Shown here piece after piece: positions 8,572-19,500 of a DNA stretch of 64,000 nt (positions are counted from its first letter, which is position 1; every line of letters begins with the position of its first letter). Under the pieces are notes generated by a model that did no database searches, was not told the DNA's origin, and saw nothing but the letters and a program-made list of their open reading frames with translations. The DNA lies in assembly GCA_030609325.1 (NCBI GenBank), contig JAUWCL010000002.1, positions 69,451-133,450 on the forward strand, read 5' to 3'. This DNA comes from Candidatus Krumholzibacteriota bacterium (GTDB lineage: Bacteria; Krumholzibacteriota; Krumholzibacteriia; Krumholzibacteriales; Krumholzibacteriaceae). The position numbers were made by a program, and so were the translations under genes.

Positions 8572-9678
8572 GTGACCTGGGAAGATGAATTCAAAAAGAA
8601 TATCACAACCGTCGAGGATCTGGCCGAATTCGTCGACATGACAAGGGCCGAGAAAACGAGACTCCGGCGGATCGTCGGCCGGCACCCGATGAGCATCACG
8701 AGGTATTACGCATCGCTGATCGACTGGAGCGACCCGGAGGATCCGCTGAAAAAAATGACGATACCCTCGGAAGCCGAGCTCGACATTTCAGGGATATACG
8801 ACCAGAGCGGCGAGCAGCAGAGCACGAAACTCCCCGGGCTGCAGCACAAATACACACGGACCGCGCTCCTGCTGACCACCAATATGTGCACAACCTACTG
8901 CAGGTACTGTTTCAGGAAAAGACTCGTCGGGCTCCCGACGCAAGAGACCATTCACCGGTTGGGCGACGCGGTCAGTTATATCAGCGCCCATCCCGAGATC
9001 AACAACGTCCTTCTGAGCGGAGGAGATCCTCTCTGCCTGCCCACCAGGATACTGAGAAGATTTCTGGAGAAGCTCTCCGCCATCGATCATCTCGACTTCA
9101 TCCGTATCGGCACGAAGGTGCCGGTAACCATGCCGCAGCGCATCACAGAGGACAGGGAACTCTACGAACTCCTCAAGGAGACCTCGGTCAAGAAGAAACG
9201 TCTCTATGTCAGCACACAGTTCAACCATCCCGGCGAGATCACTCCGGCGGCGCGAAGGTCGATAAACATCCTTCACCGTGCGGGCGTAGTGACCAACAAC
9301 CAGACGGTGCTTCTCCGGGGGGTAAACGACAACCCCGAGATCATGTCGAAACTGCAGAGGGAACTTACCGGAATGGGAGCAGTGCCGTATTACATATTCC
9401 AGTGCCGTCCCGTAAAACGCGTAAAGAAGTTGTTCCAGGTGCCCCTCGCAAGGGGTTTCGAAATAATCGAGAAATCCAGATCGCTGCTTGACGGGTACAG
9501 CAAGAGATACCGTTACGTCATGTCACACCGGGACGGCAAGATCGCGGTAGCGGGGATGGACGGAGAATACTTCTACTTCAGGTTCCACCAGGCACGCAAT
9601 CCGAAGAACGACGGGAAGTTCTTCAAGAGAAAATTCGACCCGGCCGCCGCATGGCTGGACGATCTCCGGCCCGCCTAG
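8572..9678 (+). CDS. KamA-family radical SAM aminomutase (lysine 2,3-aminomutase-like)
   Basis: CTTYCRYC CxxxCxxC cluster and a KamA-like fold throughout. Chosen start is GTG at 8572, 6 nt after GGAGGTG; the track ORF begins at an upstream TTG. Confidence 0.75.
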   Translation: MTWEDEFKKNITTVEDLAEFVDMTRAEKTRLRRIVGRHPMSITRYYASLIDWSDPEDPLKKMTIPSEAELDISGIYDQSGEQQSTKLPGLQHKYTRTALLLTTNMCTTYCRYCFRKRLVGLPTQETIHRLGDAVSYISAHPEINNVLLSGGDPLCLPTRILRRFLEKLSAIDHLDFIRIGTKVPVTMPQRITEDRELYELLKETSVKKKRLYVSTQFNHPGEITPAARRSINILHRAGVVTNNQTVLLRGVNDNPEIMSKLQRELTGMGAVPYYIFQCRPVKRVKKLFQVPLARGFEIIEKSRSLLDGYSKRYRYVMSHRDGKIAVAGMDGEYFYFRFHQARNPKNDGKFFKRKFDPAAAWLDDLRPA

Positions 9679-9872
9679 AGTTCGTCGCCCTTGATGTCGT
9701 TGAGCCTGAACATCCCGGTGATCTTGTCCAGGTAGTGCTGCGCGTCGTCGTACGGCTCCGCATCCGTTGCACTTCTCGTCATCGATAGAGCAGAGCGGCC
9801 CCGGCTGTATAAACCGGGGGCTTTAACCGCGTAAATACTGATGTACCGGAATGGGCCGCCGGGCCCTTCAGC

Positions 9873-11099
9873 TCAGGTACAGACCGTTGTGACGATCAGC
9901 GGATCGGGCAGATCCTCGATCCTCTTCGCCACATCGAGACCGAGCTGCCTGCACCTCTCGAGGTCGTTTGCCTTCGGAACGTAGTTGATCCTGACCCCCT
10001 CCCCCACGAGTTCGATCTTCATATCCTCGAGCCAGGCGTTCAGCAAACGAACCGCTTCGCCGCTCCATCCGTACGAACCGAACGAAGCGCCGACGAGCCC
10101 CTTCGGCTTGAGCCCCTTGATGTATGTGAGGATGTCGGCGACCGTCGGGAAGATCTGGTTGTTCAGCGTCGGCGACCCGACGATCAATGCACCGGCATCT
10201 ATCAGCTCGGTGACGACCTCCGCCCGGCCGCTCGCGGTGGCATTGAGAACCTTGACGTGCACACCGCCCTCCGTCAGACCGTCCTCTATCGCCCTTGCCA
10301 TCATGCGCGTGCTGTCCCACATCGAATCGTATACGATAATCGCTTTCCTCTTCAGCTCCCTGGCCGACCATTTCTTGTACAGATCGATTATCCATGGGAT
10401 CTTCGAACGCCACACCGGCCCGTGGTCGGGAGCGATCGTCTCTATCTCGAGCCCGCTCTCCTCTATCCTCTTTATTACCTTCCCGGCGATGTGGGAATAG
10501 AGCAGAAGTATGTTGGCGAAGTACTTCGACGCCTCGTGGTAGAGCACGTAATCGTCCAGCTCGTCGTCGAACCTCTCGTTCGAGGCGAGATGCATCCCGA
10601 ACCCGTCCTGCGAGAACAGGACCTTGTCTTCCGCCAGGTACGAGACCATCGAATCGGGCCAGTGCAGGAGCCTCGTCTCGAGACAGGTGACCTTCATGTT
10701 CCCGAGGTCGATCTCGCCCCCGTCCTCGACGGCGGTGATGTCCTTCAGCCCGAAATGCGCCTCGAGCGCCTCGACGCCCTTCTTCGAGGCAAAGACCTTC
10801 TCCGGCTTGACCAGGTCTATCATGGCGGGCAGGCAGCCCGTGTGATCCATCTCGGAGTGATTGGAGATGATGTAGTCGATCTTCTCCGGCTCGATTACCG
10901 ACCTGATCCTGGCAAGCAGCTCCTCGCGGAAAGGCGCCTTGACGGCATCCACGAGAGTGACCTTCTCAGCCATTATCAGGTAGGCGTTGTACGTCGTTCC
11001 GCGGCCGGTCGAATAGCCGTGGAAGTTCCTGATGTCCCAGTCGATCGCGCCTACCCAGCAGACATTATCCGAGATCTTCACAGCCCTGCATGCCTTCAT
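9873..11099 (-). CDS. flavodiiron protein (FprA / rubredoxin:oxygen oxidoreductase type)
   Basis: N-terminal MBL-like diiron domain (YWVGAIDW..FHGY..GTTYNAYL, HSEMDHTG) plus C-terminal flavodoxin-like domain; about 400 aa. Confidence 0.8.
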   Translation of the reverse strand: MKACRAVKISDNVCWVGAIDWDIRNFHGYSTGRGTTYNAYLIMAEKVTLVDAVKAPFREELLARIRSVIEPEKIDYIISNHSEMDHTGCLPAMIDLVKPEKVFASKKGVEALEAHFGLKDITAVEDGGEIDLGNMKVTCLETRLLHWPDSMVSYLAEDKVLFSQDGFGMHLASNERFDDELDDYVLYHEASKYFANILLLYSHIAGKVIKRIEESGLEIETIAPDHGPVWRSKIPWIIDLYKKWSARELKRKAIIVYDSMWDSTRMMARAIEDGLTEGGVHVKVLNATASGRAEVVTELIDAGALIVGSPTLNNQIFPTVADILTYIKGLKPKGLVGASFGSYGWSGEAVRLLNAWLEDMKIELVGEGVRINYVPKANDLERCRQLGLDVAKRIEDLPDPLIVTTVCT

Positions 11100-11247
11100 C
11101 GTCGGGCTCCTTCCTCATCTGTATACGGTCCTTCTGTCCGGGATACTACCCCGCCGAGTTGCCGAACTCGGGAGAGAGAGGGATCTTGAATACCCTGGCG
11201 CCCATCTCCCGGTCGACCATCTTGATCCTGTCGGGAATCATCTTTCT

Positions 11248-11625
11248 CTATTCCTCCTTCCACAGCCCGTGCACGTTGCAGAACTCACGGGCCGAGACAT
11301 CGTCGAAATCGCACTTGAAGACTGCTTCCGGCGCGTCGCCGGGGTTCAGGAAGGCCCTGGCCGAAGTGTCTCCCGATATCAACTGGATCCACTCGATGTA
11401 GTGCTTCTCCTCCATCGGGTGGGGCATGCTGCCCACTACGACCTTGTATCCGCCGTCGATCTTCTCGATGACGGGCACGTGCTTCTCGGTCGAGGAATCG
11501 GCAGTCTTCTCCTCGAACACCTTCATCTCCTGGCCGCAGCAGACGAGTTTGCCGGCGCCGCCGTGGAGCACCTCGACGACGTTCCCGCACATGTCGCATT
11601 TGTAAACTTCAAGTCTCTTCGCCAT
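11248..11625 (-). CDS. dfx: desulfoferrodoxin (2Fe superoxide reductase)
   Basis: N-terminal desulforedoxin Cys cluster ([12 protein letters not shown]...LVCCGQ) plus SOR domain ([36 protein letters not shown]). Internal ATG chosen as start (125 aa). Confidence 0.8.
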   Translation of the reverse strand: MAKRLEVYKCDMCGNVVEVLHGGAGKLVCCGQEMKVFEEKTADSSTEKHVPVIEKIDGGYKVVVGSMPHPMEEKHYIEWIQLISGDTSARAFLNPGDAPEAVFKCDFDDVSAREFCNVHGLWKEE

Positions 11626-11690
11626 TTCCAGCTCCTCTCGCGTCAAAAGGATCGCTTCCGTTTATATGCACCGTGTCTGCCATATCGTTA

Positions 11691-12263
11691 TTACCAGTTC
11701 TCTCCGAGCACCTCGAAGTGCGCCTTCGGATGCGCGCACGCGGGGCAGTTCTCCGGAGCCTCTTCGCCGGTGTGCAGATACCCGCAGTTGCGGCAGCGCC
11801 ATACGACCTGCTTGTCTTTCTTGAAGACGGTGCCGTTCTCTATGTTGGCCCTCAGGTCGTTGTACCTCTTCTCGTGCTGCTTCTCCGCTACGGCGAGCGC
11901 CTCTAAAACCACCGCGATCTCGTTGAAGCCCTCCTCGCGGGCGACCTCGGCGAATCCCGGATACATCTGCGTCCACTCGTAGTTCTCGCCGCCTGCGGCC
12001 TCCATCAGGTTCTTCTGTGTCGTGCCGATGACTCCCGCGGGGAACGATCCGGTGATCTCGACCTCTCCGCCTTCGAGAAGCTTGAACAGCCTCTTGGCGT
12101 GCTCCTTCTCCTGGTTCGCAGTCTCCTCGAATATGTCGGATATCTGGATGAACCCTTCCTTGCGCGCCTGCTTGGCGAAATACGTGTAGCGGTTGCGCGC
12201 CTGCGACTCGCCGGCGAAAGCGGCGAGGATGTTCTTCTCGGTCTTCGTACCCTTCAATGACAT
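11691..12263 (-). CDS. rbr: rubrerythrin
   Basis: Ferritin-like diiron motifs ([22 protein letters not shown]) and C-terminal rubredoxin-like CxxC..CxxC (WRCRNCGY...CPACAHPK). Confidence 0.85.
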   Translation of the reverse strand: MSLKGTKTEKNILAAFAGESQARNRYTYFAKQARKEGFIQISDIFEETANQEKEHAKRLFKLLEGGEVEITGSFPAGVIGTTQKNLMEAAGGENYEWTQMYPGFAEVAREEGFNEIAVVLEALAVAEKQHEKRYNDLRANIENGTVFKKDKQVVWRCRNCGYLHTGEEAPENCPACAHPKAHFEVLGENW

Positions 12264-12315
12264 TCTGTTACCTCCTGGAACGGGTTAATCAGCGTACTCT
12301 TCATCTATCCATCTA

Positions 12316-12939
12316 TCAAGTCCCGGAATCGTCCGTCCCGATCACCTTGTATCCGAGACTCTCTACCGCCTCCCTGAGCAGGGCCACATCGATGTCCCCG
12401 CCCGTCACGACCGCTTCTCTTTTCTTCAGATCGACCAGGGCCGATTCGACGCCCCGGCTCTCCTTCAGAGCCTTTGTCACGCTCGTGACGCAGTGCCCGC
12501 AGGTCATTCCCTCGATTTTCAGTTTTATGCCTTCGCCATTTTCTATTTCGATCTCGACCGGCCTCTCCCACGGAATGCGGAAGAACGAACCGATGACGAC
12601 CGCTGTGAGCATCTGGACAAGGTCGTCCGACGTCGCCCACCTGTGCCTGAATCGATCGAAGATCTTCGCCATGCGCTTCGGGGAAGTGTTCGTGACGAAT
12701 TCGCGGGGGGATACGCCCATCGGCGAGATGACCTTCTCGACGCTCCCCATGATCTGCCTTACCCCACCGAAAGCGAGGGACGCAGCGATCAGGCCGACGA
12801 TCTCCCTGTCCCGGACATCGGGATAATCGTAAAGAAAGACGAGAGGGTCGGGATCGACATACCTCTTCCAGCCGTATCTCTCGTAGAGATTCTCCAGGGC
12901 TCTTTCGAGTTTCTTTCTTTCGGGGGCGGTTATGCTCAA
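12316..12939 (-). CDS. uncharacterised N-terminal domain fused to a heavy-metal-associated (HMA) domain
   Basis: C-terminal GMTCGHCV... is the MxCxxC ferredoxin-like HMA fold; N-terminal 130 aa unassigned. Overlaps the regulator gene by 4 nt. Confidence 0.55.
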   Translation of the reverse strand: MSITAPERKKLERALENLYERYGWKRYVDPDPLVFLYDYPDVRDREIVGLIAASLAFGGVRQIMGSVEKVISPMGVSPREFVTNTSPKRMAKIFDRFRHRWATSDDLVQMLTAVVIGSFFRIPWERPVEIEIENGEGIKLKIEGMTCGHCVTSVTKALKESRGVESALVDLKKREAVVTGGDIDVALLREAVESLGYKVIGTDDSGT

Positions 12940-13361
12940 CTTTTCTGATTCCCCTTTTCCATTGCGTCACACTCGGGGCAGATCCCGACGTATTCGACCC
13001 TCCGCTCGACGAGCCTGTATCCCGATCCTGCCAGCAGCTCGCGGTCGCAACGGGTCGGCTCCGGCGCTCCATCGATATCCTCGATACGCCCGCATGAGAT
13101 GCATCTGATATGCTGATGGCCGTGCAGGTCCCCGTCGAACCGCATCTGGGAGCCCGGGTAATCGAGCTTTCTGATCATACCGGAACCGGCGAGTTTTTCG
13201 AGGTTCCTGTAGACCGTCCCGAGACTGATCCGCGGAAGCCTGCCGCGGACCCGCTCGTAGAGCTCATCGGCTGTGGGATGGCTGCGCATCATTCGCAGCT
13301 CCTCGAGGATCACCTGCCTCTGCTTCGTCATTCTCGGCCTGGATTCCATAACAATCCTCAC
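12936..13361 (-). CDS. Fur-family transcriptional regulator, probably PerR-type given the operon
   Basis: Fur DNA-binding helix (TKQRQVILEEL...HPTADELY) and C-terminal HxH / CxxC...CxxC metal sites. First gene of the rbr/dfx/FDP operon. Confidence 0.7.
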   Translation of the reverse strand: MRIVMESRPRMTKQRQVILEELRMMRSHPTADELYERVRGRLPRISLGTVYRNLEKLAGSGMIRKLDYPGSQMRFDGDLHGHQHIRCISCGRIEDIDGAPEPTRCDRELLAGSGYRLVERRVEYVGICPECDAMEKGNQKS

Positions 13362-13363
13362 TT

Positions 13364-13398
13364 AATAATAGTAACGATTACCAATATTAATATTAAAA
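13364..13398. promoter_or_regulatory. AT-rich imperfect inverted repeat (Fur/PerR-box-like) immediately upstream of the regulator gene
   Basis: TTAATAATAGTAA-CGA-TTACCAATATTAA in an otherwise GC-rich region, abutting the regulator start codon. Confidence 0.35.
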
Positions 13399-13462
13399 AG
13401 CCCGAATGTCAAGCGCCGCAGGCAGATTTGCCCGCATTTTCTGTAACTCATTTGTTTGCAGG

Positions 13463-13497
13463 ATAAAAGGGGCCGGACGCCTGGTCCGGCCCCTTTC
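13463..13497 (-). terminator. rho-independent terminator of the giant subtilase gene
   Basis: GGGGCCGGAC-gcct-GGTCCGGCCCC hairpin; on the minus strand it is followed by TTTTATCC. Confidence 0.55.
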
Positions 13498-13509
13498 GGT
13501 CGAAACAGA

Positions 13510-16500
13510 CTATCTCAGAAGGATCATCTTTCGGGTCTGATGAATATCACCAGCGACGAACCGGCAGAAATAGATGCCGGAACCGACCTGGCTTCCCCTG
13601 TTGTTCCGCCCGTTCCACTCGAACTCGTGGATCCCGGGCTTGCGGGTACCTTCGAAGACCGTCTTCACCAGCTGACCCTTCACGTTGTAGATGCGCAGCT
13701 CAACCGGACCCTCGTACCCGCTCGGGATACCGAACTGTATCCTCGTAACGGGGTTGAACGGGTTCGGATAGTTCTGCCAGAGGGTGAGCCGGTCGGGGAT
13801 CTGAGGCGCTTCCTCCGCCACGGCACCTCTGCTGCCGGTGTCTGTCGACAGACCGCCGGCTGTGCCGAGCCACGCAAGTACGCGCCCGAGGATCTCCGCT
13901 CTCCTCGTATCCTCCTGGATGTATTTGAAGTTGAACGAGAAGTATACGGAATTGTGGACCGGTCCGGTGAACCTCACTCCGGCGGCGGCATCATCGCTGT
14001 CCGGAGCCATCGGCCACAGTCTCGGATCCCACGGCTTCCCTGCCTTCTCGTAGAACTCCTTCGTCTCGGATTCGGTACCGAAAGCATCGAGAGAGCTCCC
14101 TATACCGCTGTAGTAGTACACTACATCTCCGCCGGTCCAGGTGGCCGAGAGCTCAAGCTCGTCCGGGTAGCTTCCCGAGATGACGAAGGTCTCGTCATTG
14201 CCGATCGGGTCGCCGGCCGTCGAGGTCAGCTCACGCCAGCCCGGATCGTCCCTGACGTAGGCAGCGCCCGTGTACTGCTCCATCCACGGCCGGGCCGAGG
14301 AGCCGTACGACATATCCCTGCCGAGCAGGAATATCTGCCTGCGCGTGCCGTCGTCGGTGTCGAGATAACCGGCCAGGAGTGTCTGCTGCGCCGTATCGAG
14401 GTACCAGCTCTCGTCGACTATCACGCCTGTGTACAAGAGCAGGAAATCGAGGGTCGGCAGACCGAGATCGTCCCAGTCCCAGATGTCGGCCGTCTCGCCG
14501 ATCGCGGAGAAGGCCGCCTGGAATGTAGCGGGAAGCGTGTGAGAGCTCCCGCCGAGAAGGACGATGTAGTCGCCGGACGGCATGATGCCGAACTCGTACC
14601 AGGCGCCCGGCGCACCGGCCGGATCGACCGAGCCGTTGGCGTTGCCGTCTTCGGCAGCGAGGTAGAACCTGATCCTCGTGCCTGAGCTCTGCCCGGGGAT
14701 CTCCCCGGCCCAGTCGTCGCCTGTCGCGGCCGCCATCGGCACGTCGTTCCAGGTCATGCCTTCGTCGACGCTGTAGTAGATGGTGGCCGAAGCCACGACG
14801 CTCATAGCGTCGATGATCGTGCTCGTGACCGTGTACGGACCGATCGTGTCGAACGTCGACTCGGGCACGTCGGTAGAGACGAATACGGGACCCTCGGTGT
14901 CTGTGACACCCTCGATCCTCACGTCGTCTATGTACCATCCGGCCCTGTTGACGCTCGAGTCGCTGCCGAAGTGGAACCTCACCATCACAGCCTGTCCGAT
15001 GTACGGGGTCAGATCGACGGTGACCTTCTCCCACTCGTCATGGCCGTAGCCGGTGAAGCATTCCTCCCCGGGGATGCCGGCGTTTCCGCTGCGCGCCGTG
15101 CCGGTGTACCCTATGTCGGGCTGCAGGATACTCCACGTGGCGCCCCCGTCGGTCGAGATCTTGACGTTCCCGCCGTCGTAGTTCGTCTCGATGTAGTACC
15201 ACTGCCACCATGTCAGCGCCGCGTTCAGCTGCGACGTGGGTACCACGATCTCGGGCAGGTCGAGCATCGAGTTGGAGCTCGACGAATAGTTGCCGCCAAT
15301 CCTGGTCGCCCAGACGTTCACGCCCGAGTGCGCCGCGTCGGGACCGTAGGTCGGCTCGCCCCATTCCCAGTCGGGCCCGCCTGCCGCGAAGCCGCCGTCG
15401 TTACCCTCGAAATCCCACGCGTAGTAGTCAACGATCTCGAAGGAATGATACCCGTCGGCCGGGTCTCTCGCGGTGTTCGGGAGCGTTGCGATGTCGCGCG
15501 CCGTGATGAAGTAGTTGAGCACGTCGCCGAGCGAAGCCGGACCGGTGATCTGCGCCTCGTAGAAATCTCCCGAGACGTTTGTCATCGAAACGGCCGTGTT
15601 CGCCCCATCGTTCACATTGAAGGTCAGCAGCACGCTTGCCGGATCGACTCCGACGTTGTCGGTGATCTCCGCGCTCACCGTCCACGGCCCGGCCGAATCG
15701 GCCGTGTTGGACAGCGGCACGTGCACTATCACCGGCGGCGTCATGTCGCCGGTCACCTCGAAGGTGTGCTGAACACCGGGTGCCCCGTGCGGGTGATACG
15801 ATGTGTTTCCATCTGTGTTCGAGGCGCCGATGTAGTAGTTGACCATCGTCCCGTAACCCTGCGGCGGAATGTCCGCCGACCATGTGCTGGGAGGTCCGGC
15901 TGGCGCCATCGTCAGCGTGACCGGGCCGGCGCCGACGTCGTAGACGAGGTTGATCCGTGCCGGATCGAGCGTCTCGGAATATACCTCGGCAAGCACCGTG
16001 TAGGCGTTGAGGGTATCTTCCGAGTCGTGAAGCGCCTCGTGAACGATATCCGGCGCCGAGAGCCATCCGAGGACCCTCTCGACGATACCGCTCCTTCGTT
16101 CGGGCTCCTGCACATAGTAGAGGTTGAAGGAGAAGTAGACGGAACGGTACGCCTCGGAGTTGTACTTGATGCCGGCGCCCGCGTCGAGGCTCTTCGGCGC
16201 GTACGGCATGACGCCGTCCCATTCCTTCTCATCCTTTTCGTACTCGCCGGCGAGCTCCTCGCGCGTCAGCGCGGTCGTGCCTTCCCCGGTGTACTGGTAG
16301 ACCAGCTCGCCGCCGGGATATGCCGTAGAGCGCTGTATCTCGTCCGGATAGGAGCCGGAGATCACAAACGTCTCCTCGGCGCCTATCGGCTCGCCGGGAT
16401 ATCCGGTCAGTTCGCGGTAACCCGGATTGTCCTGGACGTAGGCGGCCCTCATGAACTCCTCGATCCACGGCCTGGTCGAATAGCTCCATCCGAGATCGCG

Positions 16501-19500
16501 GCCCATTATCCAGAACTTGCGCTTCGCTTCCTGCGTACCGGTCTCGAGCCACTCGGTCAGGTCGCCGCGCTGCTCGGTGGTCAGGCCGATCGACTCGTCG
16601 AGGACGATGACCTTGTAGAGAGCGAGCTTCTCCGACTCGAGCCATCCCTGGCTGTATCTGTACCAGAAATCGGCCTCGATACCGGCGCCCGCGAACGCCT
16701 CCTTGAACATGTCGAGCGGGGTGCTCGAACTCGTTCCCTGCACGACGAGTACCGGAGCCGACGGAAGGATGGAGAACTCGTAGTACGTCCCGGCCGTGGC
16801 GGGATCGATCGCCTCGTTGCCGGATGTGTCCTCCGCCCTCACGTACAGCCTGATCCTCGAGCCGTGAGGCTGTCCGGGCATCTCTCCGTCGTAATCGTCG
16901 CCGGTCCCTGCGGTCATCGGGACCTCGATCCACGTGCCTTCGTCAACGCTGTAGAGCAGTGAGACGAGGGCGACGTCGCCGAGGAAATCGGTGACCGTCG
17001 TCGTGACCGGGTACGGCCCGATATTATCGAACGAGCTCTCCGGTACGATCGTGTTGCTGATCGCCGGAGGAACGTCGTCGACGTCGGTGCTTCTCACCAT
17101 GACGTCGTCGAGATACCATCCCGAGTAGTTGACGCTCCCGTCGCTGCCGAAGTGGAACCTGATCGTCACTTCGTTGCCGGTGTAGGCCGACAGATCGAAG
17201 ATCTCCTCCTGCCAGAACTTGTTGTAGGTCCCCCCGAAGCAGGGTTCGCCTGCAATTCCGGCATTGCCCGAGCTCGCCGTTCCGTCGTACCCGCCGACGG
17301 GAGTCACGACCGTCCAGGTCGCTCCGCCGTCGGTGGAAACCTTCACGTTGCCGGCGTCGTAACGGGTGTAGTTCCCCTCGAATTCGTACCAGTGCCAGAA
17401 CGAGAGCATCGCGTACGGCTTGCTCGCCGCAAGCGTTATGATCGGCACATCGAGCGTGGCGTCGGAGTTGCTGGGATAGCTGCCGCCGAGGACGGTGGCC
17501 CAGAGATTGGAGCCGCTGTTGGCTCCGCCGGGGCCGCTCGTCGGGGCGCCCCATTCCCAGACATCGCCGATGGCGACGAATCCGCCGTCGTCATACTCGA
17601 AATCCCAGAGGAAATACTCGACGATCTCGAATTCGAACGTACCCATGGCCGGAACGCGCGTGACGTTCCCGCGGTACGACTCGTCCATCGCGAGGAGGTG
17701 GTATTCATAGACATCGCCGACTTCCGAAGGCCCGGTTATGGCTCCGTGGAAGGAACCGTCCTCGAGCATCTCCATCAACTGGCGGTGAACCAGCATCCCG
17801 TTCTTCGAGTACATGAGCCATACAGTCTCGACGCCTATGTTGTCGGTCACGTCGGCGTAGATGTGATAAGGCCCGTCGAGATCGTTCGTGTCGTAGTGCC
17901 TGCGGTGAGACACGACGGGAGGCTCGGTATCCCAGCCGGCCCTGAACACGTGCCTCGTACCGGGCGCGGTGAGCGGATCGGTGCTGGTATGCCCCTCTGC
18001 GTCGCTCGCCGTTATGTAGTAGGCGATCTCGGTGTCGACCGGCTGGGCCGGTATGAACGCCTCGTACTCGTCGGCGACTCCGGTGGCTGCCATCGGGACG
18101 ACATCGTCGCCGCCGCCCGCGTCGTAGACCACCGCGAAAGACGCCGGATCGAGCGTGAAGTAATCCGACGTAATGAATGCTGCGACCCTGTAGGGATGCT
18201 CGGTGTTCTCCGTGTCGCCCAGCGTCACGTGGACGATCTTCGGATAGCCGAGCATCCAGTCGAGGACGCGCGCCATGACAGTGGCACGGTCGCTCTCTCC
18301 CGCTATCGCCTCGAAGCCGAAAGCGAAGTAGACGAGCTTGTAGACACCGTTATCCACCGTCAGTCCGGCCGTACCGGAGCTGCTTATTGCTCCCGCCTCG
18401 ACCTGCCCCTTGTCCATGTCGTTATTGACCAGACCCGAAGGCAGGACCGCCTCGTCGTAGGCGAATGCGGGCAGCGCAGGATACAGCGGATCGACCTCGG
18501 ACGGATAGCCCTGATTCGACGCTCCGCTGCCTCCCTGGATATCGAACGCGAATCCCGCGCCTACGGGGCTCGTGTCGACTCCAAGGCAGCCGCGCAGTCC
18601 GACGTCGTCCTGGACGTATGCGGCGTGCAGGTAGTCGGCGTAAAAGGCATCCGTCTTGATGTCATAGCCGATGTCCTGTCCCGATATGAACAGGCGCCCG
18701 CCGGCGTCGAGATACGCGGCGAGCCCGGCCTGGTCGGCGGCCGACAGGGTGTTCTGGTAATCGTTACCGGTAAGCCAGATGACCGATTCGAAAAGGGTCA
18801 TCTCGGCGGCGGTCGGCGGCGAGGTCACCGTCAGGTACGACCGCCCGGCAGCCACTACTGCCGCCTCGAAGTACGTCTCGAATCCGGCCCCCGCGTCGTC
18901 GTCCACGATCAGCACCTGGGCACCGTCGAGAGCGACGTCGAGAGGCGTGGTCGCCGCCTCGTATATATCCACTCCCCCGTGAAGGGTCACGGGATAGGGG
19001 AATACGGGCGAGAAGACCAGATCGTACGTCCCGACCGGAAGCGCGATATCGTACGCGCCTGTAGAAGGATCGGTCGAGCTCCACACCACCGCTTCGCCCG
19101 CGAGCCTCACGGTGATGTCGCAGGCGACCCCGTCGCCCGTGCCGGAATCGGTCACGTATCCGGCCACGTTGCCCGAGGGCAGCATGTTGAGCGTGAAGTC
19201 CTGCGGCGTGGTCGCGTCGGCGACGACCGTGACCATCGCGGAGTATGTCTCGTATCCGAACCTCGATACCTCCACGTCATGGTCGCCGGCAACGAGCTGC
19301 ATCGAGTAGGCGCCCGAGGCGTCGGAGTAGATTCTCTGTCCCGTATCGACGATGAGGATCTTCGCGTTGTCGACCGTCCCTCCGCCCGAGCTGTAGACGA
19401 TACCCTCGAGGGTGCCGACGCCCGCCAGGGCGGCGGATACCGCCTGGAACGCGTCGAGACGTCCCCAGCCGTAAGTGTTGTCCCTGCCCGGATCGCCGAG

